Source of the DNA: Chthoniobacterales bacterium | GTDB taxonomy: Bacteria > Verrucomicrobiota > Verrucomicrobiia > Chthoniobacterales > UBA10450 | Assembly (NCBI GenBank): GCA_045809825.1 | Contig: JBJMXC010000010.1 | Location: 1-44,256, forward strand | Direction of reading: 5' to 3' | Length of the DNA: 44,256 nucleotides | Shown here: positions 26,810-35,204 of the stretch, piece by piece | Numbering within the stretch: position 1 is the stretch's first letter | How the letters are laid out: each line of letters begins with the position of its first letter | Made by a program: the position numbers and the translations under genes | The notes under the pieces: generated by a model | Database searches by the model: none | What the model saw: the letters and a program-made list of their open reading frames with translations, nothing else | What the model was told of the DNA's origin: nothing

Positions 26810-26962
26810 GATGGAAGGATAAACAGATCATCGCGTGCCGACAAAACTATTCACCAGAAAGCGACAACGCAGCGTGTCATGCTTCGCCGCGCTCGGGAGA
26901 GCAATCCGGCTATGTAGTTGTTCGCCGCTCGAAATAGCCAAAAAAATACTCTTGCATGTGGT

Positions 26963-26982
26963 TGTTAATAACTGTTAATAAC
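26963..26982 (+). promoter_or_regulatory. Perfect tandem 10-mer (TGTTAATAAC)x2 just upstream of the 3D-domain gene; possible operator within a promoter
   Basis: Copies at 26963-26972 and 26973-26982 are identical. TTGCAT (26952-26957) and TTAATA (26975-26980) are spaced 17 nt apart, like a sigma70 -35/-10 pair. Confidence 0.4.
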
Positions 26983-26989
26983 CGCGCAG

Positions 26990-27721
26990 TTGCGAATCCG
27001 GGGCTACTTCTTACTGCTGGGTCTTATTGCGACCGCGCTCTTTCTCGGCGCGTGTGAATCAACCCCGACCCGTCACACGACGGCGCTGCCAAGATATGAG
27101 CCGCCGCTGGCAAAACGCGATTTCCAAAATGTGCGGACGACGGCCTACACCCATACCGAATCGGACCATCTCGCGTACGGAGATCACACGGCCTTGGGCG
27201 GACGATTGCATGCAGCTACCGGCGCGATCCGTCGTGCCGAATACACACCGCGCGCGATTCCAGTGAATGGCGAAGACCCGGCGGATTATCGGCGCGCCGC
27301 GTATTCAGGTCCGGCGCTTGAGAAATTTTCGTTGAAGGAAACGAAAACTACGAAGGTCGTGAAAACCAAACACGGGACAAAAAAGGTGGTCGTTACGAGT
27401 AAGCCGCAAATAGGAAGCGCAGCGGCGGACTGGTCGCGGTGGCCGGCCGGGACGGTTTTCCGGCTGATTTCGACGGGCCAGGTTTATCGGGTTGAAGATT
27501 ACGGATGGGCGCTGGCGGGCCGAAACACGATCGATCTTTACATGCCTTCGCGCGGCACAATGAACTCCTGGGGCGCGCGCGAAGAGAACATCCAGATTTT
27601 GCAGTGGGGCGATGCCAGCGAAAGTTTGCGACTGCTCCAGGCTCATCAGGGCTACCGGCATATTCGACGGATGGTGCTCGAGTTGCAGGGACAGGACGCC
27701 GCAGCCGCCAGTTTGCAGTAA
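26990..27721 (+). CDS. 3D (Asp-Asp-Asp) domain-containing lipoprotein (MltA/RlpA-like cell-wall protein)
   Basis: 243 aa. Lipobox LFLGAC, TTAYTHTESDH, and C-terminal WPAGTVFRLISTGQVYRVEDYGWALAGRNTIDLYMPS, typical of 3D domains. The start is TTG 26990. Confidence 0.65.
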   Translation: MRIRGYFLLLGLIATALFLGACESTPTRHTTALPRYEPPLAKRDFQNVRTTAYTHTESDHLAYGDHTALGGRLHAATGAIRRAEYTPRAIPVNGEDPADYRRAAYSGPALEKFSLKETKTTKVVKTKHGTKKVVVTSKPQIGSAAADWSRWPAGTVFRLISTGQVYRVEDYGWALAGRNTIDLYMPSRGTMNSWGAREENIQILQWGDASESLRLLQAHQGYRHIRRMVLELQGQDAAAASLQ

Positions 27722-27748
27722 GTCGTGTAGCCGCTTCGCCACTTGGAG

Positions 27749-27771
27749 GGACGCCCGCCCGATGGGCGTCC
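27749..27771. terminator. GC-rich hairpin between convergent 3D-domain gene and tdh (REP-like/terminator-like)
   Basis: GGACGCCC(27749-27756)-gcccgat-GGGCGTCC(27764-27771). No strong T tract on either side. Confidence 0.35.
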
Positions 27772-27848
27772 GCATCGTTCTTGCATCTCTTGCGCGGACG
27801 GGCATCGCCCGGCTCTCCCAGAGACACACCGCGGCGGTTAGAGAAGAA

Positions 27849-28877
27849 TTAGGCGGCCCAGTCGAGGATGATCTTGCCGGAATTACCGGACTTCATCAGC
27901 TCGAAGCCTTCTTGGAATTCCGTGTAGGGGAAGTGATGCGTGATAACTGGTGAAACATCGAGGCCGCTCTGGATGAGCGCCGTCATTTTGTACCAGGTCT
28001 CGAACATTTCGCGTCCGTAGATTCCCTTGATCGTTAGGCCGTGGAAGACGACGAGGTTCCAATCGATCGCAGCGCTGCCGGGCATGATGCCGAGCATGGC
28101 GATGCGGCCGCCGTTGACCATCACGTCGAGCATGTCGGTAAACGCCTTGGGGTTGCCTGACATTTCGAGGCCGACGTCGAACCCCTCATGCATGTCGAGT
28201 TCACGCATGACCTCGTGGAGGTCGCGCTCCCGGACATTGACTGCGAGGGTGGCGCCCATCTTGCGCGCGAGATCGAGGCGGTACGGATTAACATCGGTGA
28301 TCACGACTTTTCGCGCGCCAGCCATCTTCGCAATCGGCACGGCCATGCAACCGATCGGGCCGGCGCCGGTGATCAGGACATCTTCGCCGACGAGCTCGAA
28401 GGAAAGGGCGGTGTGAACGGCGTTGCCGAGCGGGTCCGAACACGAAATTACGTCCAGGGGAATGCGCGGATCGCAACGCCAAAGATTCGTGGTTGGGACC
28501 GAAACATATTCGGCGAATCCTCCCGGCCGGTTCACGCCGATCCCTTTCGTGTTTGGACAAAGATGCCGCCGTCCGGCCAGGCAATTGCGGCAATGTCCGC
28601 AAACGATGTGTCCTTCGGTCGTGACCAGCTCGCCTTCCTTGAAGTCGCGAACGGCGGAGCCGACTTTATCGATCACGCCGACGAACTCGTGCCCGATCGT
28701 CATCGGCACGGGAATCGTCTTCTGGGCCCATGCGTCCCAGTTGTAGATGTGAACGTCCGTCCCGCAGATGGATCCTTTTTGGATGCGGATCAGGACGTCA
28801 TTGGGACCAATCTCCGGCACTGCAACTTCCTCAAGGTTGAGGCCTGGCTCGCGCTCGCGCTTCACCAGCGCCTGCAT
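27849..28877 (-). CDS. tdh: L-threonine 3-dehydrogenase
   Basis: 342 aa from the ATG at 28877. [42 protein letters not shown] and [20 protein letters not shown] are colinear with E. coli Tdh. Confidence 0.95.
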   Translation of the reverse strand: MQALVKREREPGLNLEEVAVPEIGPNDVLIRIQKGSICGTDVHIYNWDAWAQKTIPVPMTIGHEFVGVIDKVGSAVRDFKEGELVTTEGHIVCGHCRNCLAGRRHLCPNTKGIGVNRPGGFAEYVSVPTTNLWRCDPRIPLDVISCSDPLGNAVHTALSFELVGEDVLITGAGPIGCMAVPIAKMAGARKVVITDVNPYRLDLARKMGATLAVNVRERDLHEVMRELDMHEGFDVGLEMSGNPKAFTDMLDVMVNGGRIAMLGIMPGSAAIDWNLVVFHGLTIKGIYGREMFETWYKMTALIQSGLDVSPVITHHFPYTEFQEGFELMKSGNSGKIILDWAA

Positions 28878-28987
28878 CGTTTTGCTCACGGCGAGCAGAT
28901 TAGTGCAGCGTGACCATGGTGCAATCCGGTTCTGCGCAGAGCCGCTCCGCGCTTGCCTTTGGCCGCGCCTTTTCGGATGTTGCCCAA

Positions 28988-29905
28988 ATGGCCGAGACGC
29001 TTGAGCGCGTCGCCGCAACGAAACCTTCCACGCCGCGCTCTGTTTTTGTTTTTCGTTTCGCGAGCACGCTCGTCCTTTGGTCGATCGCGCTCGGGATTAT
29101 TTTTTCCGGCTACGAGCTTGCCTTCTTCGGCCTGATTGGAACGCTTGGGATGTTGTCGCTCTGGGAGTTTTACGGAATGCTCGATCACAAGGGGCTCCCG
29201 AACTTCAAGATCACGGCGATGATTTGCGGCGCCGTCATGTTGTGCGGCAGCTTTTATTACTTCTCCCGGAATGGACCGGGCCGTTCCTACGATTTCGAAG
29301 TCGCCGTGCTCCTCTTCTTTCTCATGACCGTATTCACCCGGCAGATGTTCGACAGCCTTCGCGATGACGCCCCCTTTCGCACCATGGCTTACACCATCTT
29401 CGGACTGCTTTATGTGCTCTGGCTTTACAATTTCATTACGAAAATCGTTTACGTTGTCCCGCGCGATCCGACGGGCGCCGTGAGAGGGCAGTTCTACGTC
29501 CTTTATCTTATAGGGATCACCAAGTTCAGTGACATGGGCGCGTATCTCACGGGAAGCCTGATCGGGCGCCATCCCCTGATCCCCCACATCAGTCCGAAGA
29601 AAACCTGGGAGGGGTTCTTCGGTGCGCTCGCCTTTTCGCTCCTCGCAAGTTGGGGGCTATTTAAGTTGATGCCGCTCCATCTGCCCGGCTTGAACTGGAC
29701 GCACGCGACTGTCCTCGGCTTGCTCCTCGGGTTCTCGGCCGTGATCGGGGACCTCGCGGAATCCATTATCAAGCGAAGCACCGGGGTGAAAGATTCGGGC
29801 AATCTGTTGCCGGGAATCGGCGGCGCGCTCGACCTGGTCGACAGTCTGCTTTTTACCGCGCCACTTCTGTTTTTCTATCTCCGTCTCGTCATCCGGCTGG
29901 ATTGA
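28988..29905 (+). CDS. cdsA: Phosphatidate cytidylyltransferase (CDP-diglyceride synthase)
   Basis: Multi-TM protein with [10 protein letters not shown] and [32 protein letters not shown] (CdsA signature region). Start uncertain: ATG 28988 is preferred, while GTG 28910 or ATG 28916 would leave only about 33 nt to the divergent tdh. Confidence 0.8.
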   Translation: MAETLERVAATKPSTPRSVFVFRFASTLVLWSIALGIIFSGYELAFFGLIGTLGMLSLWEFYGMLDHKGLPNFKITAMICGAVMLCGSFYYFSRNGPGRSYDFEVAVLLFFLMTVFTRQMFDSLRDDAPFRTMAYTIFGLLYVLWLYNFITKIVYVVPRDPTGAVRGQFYVLYLIGITKFSDMGAYLTGSLIGRHPLIPHISPKKTWEGFFGALAFSLLASWGLFKLMPLHLPGLNWTHATVLGLLLGFSAVIGDLAESIIKRSTGVKDSGNLLPGIGGALDLVDSLLFTAPLLFFYLRLVIRLD

Positions 29906-29935
29906 TTCCAGCGGCGAGCAACGAATTCCTGCCCG

Positions 29936-31111
29936 ATGAAACGAAAACGCGTGGTCGTCCTCGGTGCTACCGGCTCAATCGGGGAGAGCGCCTTGAAGGT
30001 GGCGCACGACATTCCGGAGCGGATGGAGATTGTCGGGCTGGCGGCGAACCAGAACGCGCACAAGCTCGCTGAGCAGGCGAACCGGGTCCGGCCAAATGCG
30101 ATTTGCCTGGCCGACGAATCAAAGATCGATGTGCTCCGTTCAGCGCTCGAATACAAACCGCAAATCCTCAGCGGCCTGAACGGGCTGGTCGAGATCGCGC
30201 GCCTGGCTGAAGCCGATATGGTTCTGGTCGCCGTCGTTGGAACAGGAGGTTTGCAGCCCGCCCTGGCAGCGATCGCGGCGGGCAAAGACCTCGCGGTCGC
30301 GAGCAAGGAAATCCTCGTCATGGCTGGAGAGATCGTGATGCGGGAAGCCCGGGAAAAAGGGGTCAATGTCCTGCCCGTCGACAGCGAGCACAACGCGATT
30401 TTCCAGTGCCTCGATTCACAGCGGAAACGCGGTGCCCAGAACCACGACGATAATGTGCGGCGACTGATCTTGACCGCTTCGGGCGGCCCGTTCCGTAGCA
30501 CGCCAGCGGCCGAGTTTGAGGGCATCACGCTCGAGCAGGCGTTGCGGCATCCGACTTGGAACATGGGGCCCAAGATCACGATTGATTCAGCGACTCTATT
30601 TAACAAAGGGCTCGAGATGATCGAGGCACACTGGCTGTTTGGGGTGCAAATGGAGCGGGTGGAAGTGGTGATCCATCCGCAAAGCATCGTCCATTCGATG
30701 GTTGAATTCAGTGACGGCTCTGTCCTCGCCCAAATGAGCCACTCGGACATGTGCTTTCCAATTCAGTACGCGGTGACGTGGCCCGCGCGGGTCCCCAATT
30801 CCTTGCCGCCGCTCGATTTCGGCAAGCTGCGTTCGCTTGAGTTCGAGACCCCGCGCTTCGAGGATTTTCCCGCGTTGAATCTTGCTCGCCGGGCAGGGGA
30901 GAGCGGCGGCACGCTCCCGGCTGTGTTGAACGCCGCTAATGAAATCGCAGTCTCAGCTTTCCTGGAACGCAAGATCTCCTTTCCCCGCATCTGGCAAACC
31001 GTCGCGGCCGTCATGGATCGGCACGCCAACGTTGCGCACCCCGATCTCGGTGCCATATTGCGCGCCGATCAATGGGCCCGGGACGAAGCGGCGAAGGTCG
31101 CTCCGGACTAA
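29936..31111 (+). CDS. dxr: 1-deoxy-D-xylulose 5-phosphate reductoisomerase
   Basis: 391 aa. VVVLGATGSIGESAL (NADPH motif), LPVDSEHNAIFQCL, LTASGGPFR, HPTWNMGPKITIDSATL. Confidence 0.95.
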   Translation: MKRKRVVVLGATGSIGESALKVAHDIPERMEIVGLAANQNAHKLAEQANRVRPNAICLADESKIDVLRSALEYKPQILSGLNGLVEIARLAEADMVLVAVVGTGGLQPALAAIAAGKDLAVASKEILVMAGEIVMREAREKGVNVLPVDSEHNAIFQCLDSQRKRGAQNHDDNVRRLILTASGGPFRSTPAAEFEGITLEQALRHPTWNMGPKITIDSATLFNKGLEMIEAHWLFGVQMERVEVVIHPQSIVHSMVEFSDGSVLAQMSHSDMCFPIQYAVTWPARVPNSLPPLDFGKLRSLEFETPRFEDFPALNLARRAGESGGTLPAVLNAANEIAVSAFLERKISFPRIWQTVAAVMDRHANVAHPDLGAILRADQWARDEAAKVAPD

Positions 31112-31156
31112 AGGTTAGAACAAAGATCGGCCATCAGCGTCTAAATTAGAGAACCT

Positions 31157-32584
31157 ATGTTGGGCCATATTCTGCGGGTCATCTTTATTGTCCTCGAAGT
31201 CCTGATTCTCTTTAACCTGCTCATCGTCATCCATGAGCTGGGGCACTTTTTGGCAGCGCGGTGGCGCGGGTTGTTTATCGAGGGGTTCGGCGTCTGGTTC
31301 GGCAAACCAATCTGGAAGAAGACGATCAATGGGGTGCAGTATTCGTTAGGCTCATTGCCTTTTGGCGGCTTCGTAAAACTGCCGCAGCTTGCGCCGATGG
31401 ACATGATCGAGGGCAAGGCCGACATGGATCGCGGCGCGCTCCCGAAGATTTCCGCGCTAGACAAGATTATCGTCGCCATCGCCGGCCCGCTTTTTAGCGT
31501 TCTCCTCGCGCTCTTTTTCGCCTGCGTCGTCTGGGCGGTCGGGCATCCGGTAAGTGAATCGGACCTGACGACGGTGATTGGTTACGTCCATAAGGATTCG
31601 CCCGCCGCGAAAGCCGGTCTCCGCCCTGGCGATAAAATTTTGGAGGTCGATGGCCGGCGGGTCACCCGCTTTTTCGGGATGAACGATAGCGTCGTTTGGA
31701 ATGTTGTGCGCAGCGAAGGATCAACGATTCCTTTCAAGGTCGACCGGGGCGGCACGGTAACGACGATCGAAGTTGTGCCAGTGATCGCGGAGACAAGCGG
31801 TTGGCGACGGAAGAGCACTCGCCAAGTCATGATTCAGCCGGCGGTCACTCCGCTGGTGGAAGGAGTTGAACCAAATACGCCTGCTGATAAAGCCGGAGTG
31901 AAGGCGGGCGACATCATCACCGGCGTCAACGGTACTCCGATTTACAATGCTCTGACCCTGGTCGACGAAATCGAGAAACATCCGAATGACGAACTGGCGC
32001 TCGATGTCCGGCGGGACGCCGAGCAATTGCAGCTGAGGATGCGGCCCGCCATGCTGGCCTCCGAAGGCACAACAAAGCCGCGAATTGGCATCCGCTGGGA
32101 TGCCGGCGGGCGGCTCTCCCTTTCTCACCCGGACCCGGTCGAGCAGGTATATCACAGCATCACGAGCACCTTGCAGACAATTGGCGCGGTCGCGTCGCCG
32201 AGCTCAGACGTGAAGCTTCAGCACATGAGCGGCCCGATCATGATCGTGCGCATTTATTATATGCTGTTCGAAGGCGACAACGGCTGGAAACTTGCGCTCT
32301 GGTTCAGCGTCATTCTCAACGTGAACCTCGCCATTTTGAACATGCTGCCGATCCCGGTCCTCGATGGCGGTCATATCGTCCTCGCACTCATTGAGGGTAT
32401 CCGACGGAAGCCGGTAAACATGAAGGTGCTCGAGTGGATCCAGACCGCCTGCGCGACCTTGATTATCGGTTACATGCTTTACATCAGCTTTTTCGACATC
32501 GGCGATTTGTTCGGCAAAAACAGCGAGCGCAGATCTTCGGCCAAAGAAGTGCCGGTCCAGACAAAAGCCTCGCCCGCGCCGTAG
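31157..32584 (+). CDS. rseP: RIP metalloprotease RseP (site-2 protease, M50)
   Basis: 475 aa. HELGHFLAAR zinc motif, PDZ regions, C-terminal NLAILNMLPIPVLDGGH. Confidence 0.9.
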   Translation: MLGHILRVIFIVLEVLILFNLLIVIHELGHFLAARWRGLFIEGFGVWFGKPIWKKTINGVQYSLGSLPFGGFVKLPQLAPMDMIEGKADMDRGALPKISALDKIIVAIAGPLFSVLLALFFACVVWAVGHPVSESDLTTVIGYVHKDSPAAKAGLRPGDKILEVDGRRVTRFFGMNDSVVWNVVRSEGSTIPFKVDRGGTVTTIEVVPVIAETSGWRRKSTRQVMIQPAVTPLVEGVEPNTPADKAGVKAGDIITGVNGTPIYNALTLVDEIEKHPNDELALDVRRDAEQLQLRMRPAMLASEGTTKPRIGIRWDAGGRLSLSHPDPVEQVYHSITSTLQTIGAVASPSSDVKLQHMSGPIMIVRIYYMLFEGDNGWKLALWFSVILNVNLAILNMLPIPVLDGGHIVLALIEGIRRKPVNMKVLEWIQTACATLIIGYMLYISFFDIGDLFGKNSERRSSAKEVPVQTKASPAP

Positions 32585-32640
32585 CCGGCAGAGCGCGATG
32601 CCGGCTGGCATTATGGCGCGAGGCAGCAGATGTTAGCAGC

Positions 32641-32973
32641 ATGGATTCGACCATGACGACAACCGCTTTTGCCCTCGACGGCTTTCGCATCGTTAAGACC
32701 CTGGGCGTGGTTCGCGGAATCATCGTCCGCTCACGCTCGATTTTCGGGACCATTGGAGCGGGCCTGCAGACCCTCGTCGGTGGGGACATTTCGATCTTCA
32801 GCGATTTATGCGAACAAACCCGCCGCGACGCGCTCGAGCGAATGTTGAAGCACGCCACCGCGCTTGGTGGCAATGCAGTCATCGGGCTGCGTTATGATGC
32901 AACTGAAATTATGCAGGGCGTGACCGAAGTTCTGTGTTACGGGACGGCAGTTCTCGTTGAGCGGGCACCGTGA
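32641..32973 (+). CDS. YbjQ-family (UPF0145) protein
   Basis: 110 aa from the ATG at 32641. GFRIVKTLGVVRGIIVRSRSIFGTIGAGLQTLVGGDI...ALERMLKHATALGGNAVIGLRYD is typical of YbjQ. Its stop overlaps the ispG GTG (GTGA). Confidence 0.8.
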   Translation: MDSTMTTTAFALDGFRIVKTLGVVRGIIVRSRSIFGTIGAGLQTLVGGDISIFSDLCEQTRRDALERMLKHATALGGNAVIGLRYDATEIMQGVTEVLCYGTAVLVERAP

Positions 32974-34757
32974 ACTACTGCGAGAGTCCGTACCAATATC
33001 AGCGCCGCGTCACGCGCGAGGTGCTGATCGGCAATGTCGGGGTTGGCGGCGCGAATCCCATCCGGGTCCAGTCGATGATCACCTGCGACACCATGGACAC
33101 GGAGGCGTCAATCGCGCAGACGCTCGAGCTGGCGGAAGCCGGTTGCGAGATCGTCCGGATCACGGCGCCGACGGTGAAAGACGCGGCGAACCTGGAGCAT
33201 ATCGTCCGCGGATTGCGCCACCGTGGTTGCACGGTTCCGATCGTGGCCGACATCCATTTCAAACCGGAGGCCGCGATGGAAGCGGCGAAATGGGTCGAGA
33301 AAGTCCGGATCAACCCTGGCAATTACGCCGACTCGAAAAAGTTCAAAATTCTCGAGTATACCGACGAGCAATATGCGGCCGAGCTCGAGCGAATTCGCCA
33401 GCGATTTTCCCCCTTGGTGAAGATCTGCAAGGAACTCGGACGCGCGATGCGGATCGGGACAAATCATGGATCGCTTTCGGACCGAATCCTGAATCGGTAC
33501 GGCGATACGCCACTCGGGATGGTGGAAAGCGCGCTCGAATTCGCGCGAATCGCGCGTGATCTCGACTATCACGCCTTCGTCTTCTCAATGAAGTCGAGCA
33601 ATCCCAAGGTGATGATTGCTGCTTACCGGCTGCTCGTGGCGCGGTTGCGGCAGGAAGGCGACGACTGGAATTATCCGATTCATCTTGGGGTAACCGAAGC
33701 GGGCGAGGGCGAAGATGCGCGGATCAAGAGCGCGATCGGGATTGGGTCGCTTCTGAAGGACGGAATTGGGGACACGATCCGGGTGTCGCTGACCGAGGAC
33801 AGCATTCATGAAATCCCGGTGGCACGAGCGCTGGTGGAGATGATCGCGATCAGTGCGCGAAGCTCCAAATCCCAAGCTCCAAGCTCCAAAGAAGAGCTTT
33901 CATTCGACCCGTTTTCCTATTCGAAGCGGCCAACGAACGCGATCGAGCGGGATGGAGTTCGGTTAGGCGGGGAAGAACTCGTTCGGGTGGTCGTCAGGCA
34001 AGAGAGCTTCGACAAGGTCGCGCACAAGATCGATCGGCTGGGGGATTACAAACCGGAGATTGTTTATGAGAAGGCCCGCATTCACGAAATCGATCCGCGC
34101 GATCTCGACTCGATTGCGTCGTTGAACCAAAACCAGGAGGCCCAGCTGGTCACCGTTCGCGACGAAGTTGATTTGCCCGTGGTCGTCGCCTTTCGATTGC
34201 TCGCGGCGAGACTCGCTTCGCGGCATCCGATTCTCTTGAAGGATGTATTAGGGATTAAGAGAGAAGAAGGACGGGAATTTTTGCCGACGCTCCTGAACGC
34301 TGCGACAAACATCGGCTCGATGCTGTGCGACGGAATCGGCGATGCCGTCATGGTCCAGGGCGAAAATGCGCCGGGCCAGGCGTTGCGCCTGAGCTACAAC
34401 ATTCTCCAGGCGGCCGGTTCGCGAATTTTTAAGACCGATTACGTGGCCTGCCCGTCCTGCGGCCGGACGTTGTTTAATCTGCAGACCACGACGGCGCGGA
34501 TTAAAGAAGCGACCGTGCATCTCAAAGGCGTGAAGATCGCGATCATGGGTTGCATCGTGAATGGGCCCGGTGAGATGGCCGACGCGGACTTCGGTTACGT
34601 GGGCGGCGCGCCAGGGAAAGTGAACCTGTACGTCGGGAAGACCGCGGTGAAGTTCAATATTCCCGAAGCGGAGGCCGTGGAGCGCCTGCAGGATTTGATT
34701 CGCGAGCACGGCAAGTGGGTCGAACCTGCTCCCGCCCTCGCGGAGACGGCAGGGTAG
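32970..34757 (+). CDS. ispG: 4-hydroxy-3-methylbut-2-en-1-yl diphosphate synthase, long form with inserted domain
   Basis: 595 aa. IRVQSMITCDT, VRITAPT, VADIHF, RINPGN, MRIGTNHGSL. A large insertion follows, then CPSCGRT...MGCIVNGPGEMADADFGYVGG (Fe-S domain). Confidence 0.9.
   Translation: MNYCESPYQYQRRVTREVLIGNVGVGGANPIRVQSMITCDTMDTEASIAQTLELAEAGCEIVRITAPTVKDAANLEHIVRGLRHRGCTVPIVADIHFKPEAAMEAAKWVEKVRINPGNYADSKKFKILEYTDEQYAAELERIRQRFSPLVKICKELGRAMRIGTNHGSLSDRILNRYGDTPLGMVESALEFARIARDLDYHAFVFSMKSSNPKVMIAAYRLLVARLRQEGDDWNYPIHLGVTEAGEGEDARIKSAIGIGSLLKDGIGDTIRVSLTEDSIHEIPVARALVEMIAISARSSKSQAPSSKEELSFDPFSYSKRPTNAIERDGVRLGGEELVRVVVRQESFDKVAHKIDRLGDYKPEIVYEKARIHEIDPRDLDSIASLNQNQEAQLVTVRDEVDLPVVVAFRLLAARLASRHPILLKDVLGIKREEGREFLPTLLNAATNIGSMLCDGIGDAVMVQGENAPGQALRLSYNILQAAGSRIFKTDYVACPSCGRTLFNLQTTTARIKEATVHLKGVKIAIMGCIVNGPGEMADADFGYVGGAPGKVNLYVGKTAVKFNIPEAEAVERLQDLIREHGKWVEPAPALAETAG
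33860..33894 (+). repeat. Tandem heptanucleotide array AAGCTCC AAATCCC AAGCTCC AAGCTCC (AAAGAAG) inside ispG
   Basis: Read directly. Translated in frame as SSKSQAPSSKEE within the lineage-variable insertion of the long IspG. Confidence 0.85.
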
Positions 34758-34771
34758 CGGAGCGCTGACGA

Positions 34772-34990
34772 CTATGGCGTCGCGGTTGGGGTAGGCGACA
34801 TTGTAGCGGCATTCTCGCGTGCTTTCGCGGCGTTTGAGGTCGCTTGCTGGAGACGTTCCGAATCGGACTTCAGCCGCGCGGCGTCTGGCGTGGATTGCGG
34901 CTTGGCGCTGGTGTCCGTTTGATTGGAACGGGAACAACCGAACGTTACCAAAACAGTGGCCGAGAGAAGCACGAGCAAAATCTTTTTCAT
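34772..34990 (-). CDS. Small lipoprotein (72 aa), function unknown
   Basis: MKKILLVLLSATVLVTFGCSRS gives signal plus lipobox FGC. The low-complexity body ends SPTPTATP. Divergent from the first giant gene. Confidence 0.5.
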   Translation of the reverse strand: MKKILLVLLSATVLVTFGCSRSNQTDTSAKPQSTPDAARLKSDSERLQQATSNAAKARENAATMSPTPTATP

Positions 34991-35089
34991 GAGACAAACA
35001 ACACGGCTTGCGACCGAGCGCAATCGTTAGGCCAGCGCAGCGCCCGAAAAGAGGGCGGAGTGGCACCTCAAATTTCGCCGTCAGGACGA

Positions 35090-35150
35090 ATTACATTTCG
35101 GTCATAATTCGAGAATTAGATTGCCACGATTTTTACGGGCCGATTAAAAC
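35090..35150 (+). promoter_or_regulatory. Conserved 61-nt upstream block (copy 1) with a sigma70-like TTGCCA-N17/18-TAAAAC
   Basis: ATTACATTTCGGTCATAATTCGAGAATTAGATTGCCACGATTTTTACGGGCCGATTAAAAC. 45 of 61 positions are identical, without gaps, to 40624-40684. Both blocks start exactly 115 nt before the ATG of a giant paralog. Confidence 0.6.
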
Positions 35151-35204
35151 TTTGGTTCCCCGTTGGCAGCTCCTCATCCTCGTAAACTCTAACCGAATCA
35201 TCCT

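Noticed and set aside
29747-29842. The CdsA signature region reads [11 protein letters not shown] where I remember PGHGG(I/L)xD(R/K)xD
   Set aside because: My recollection of the PROSITE pattern may be imperfect. The rest of the protein and its cdsA-dxr-rseP context are canonical, so this is not enough to claim altered function.
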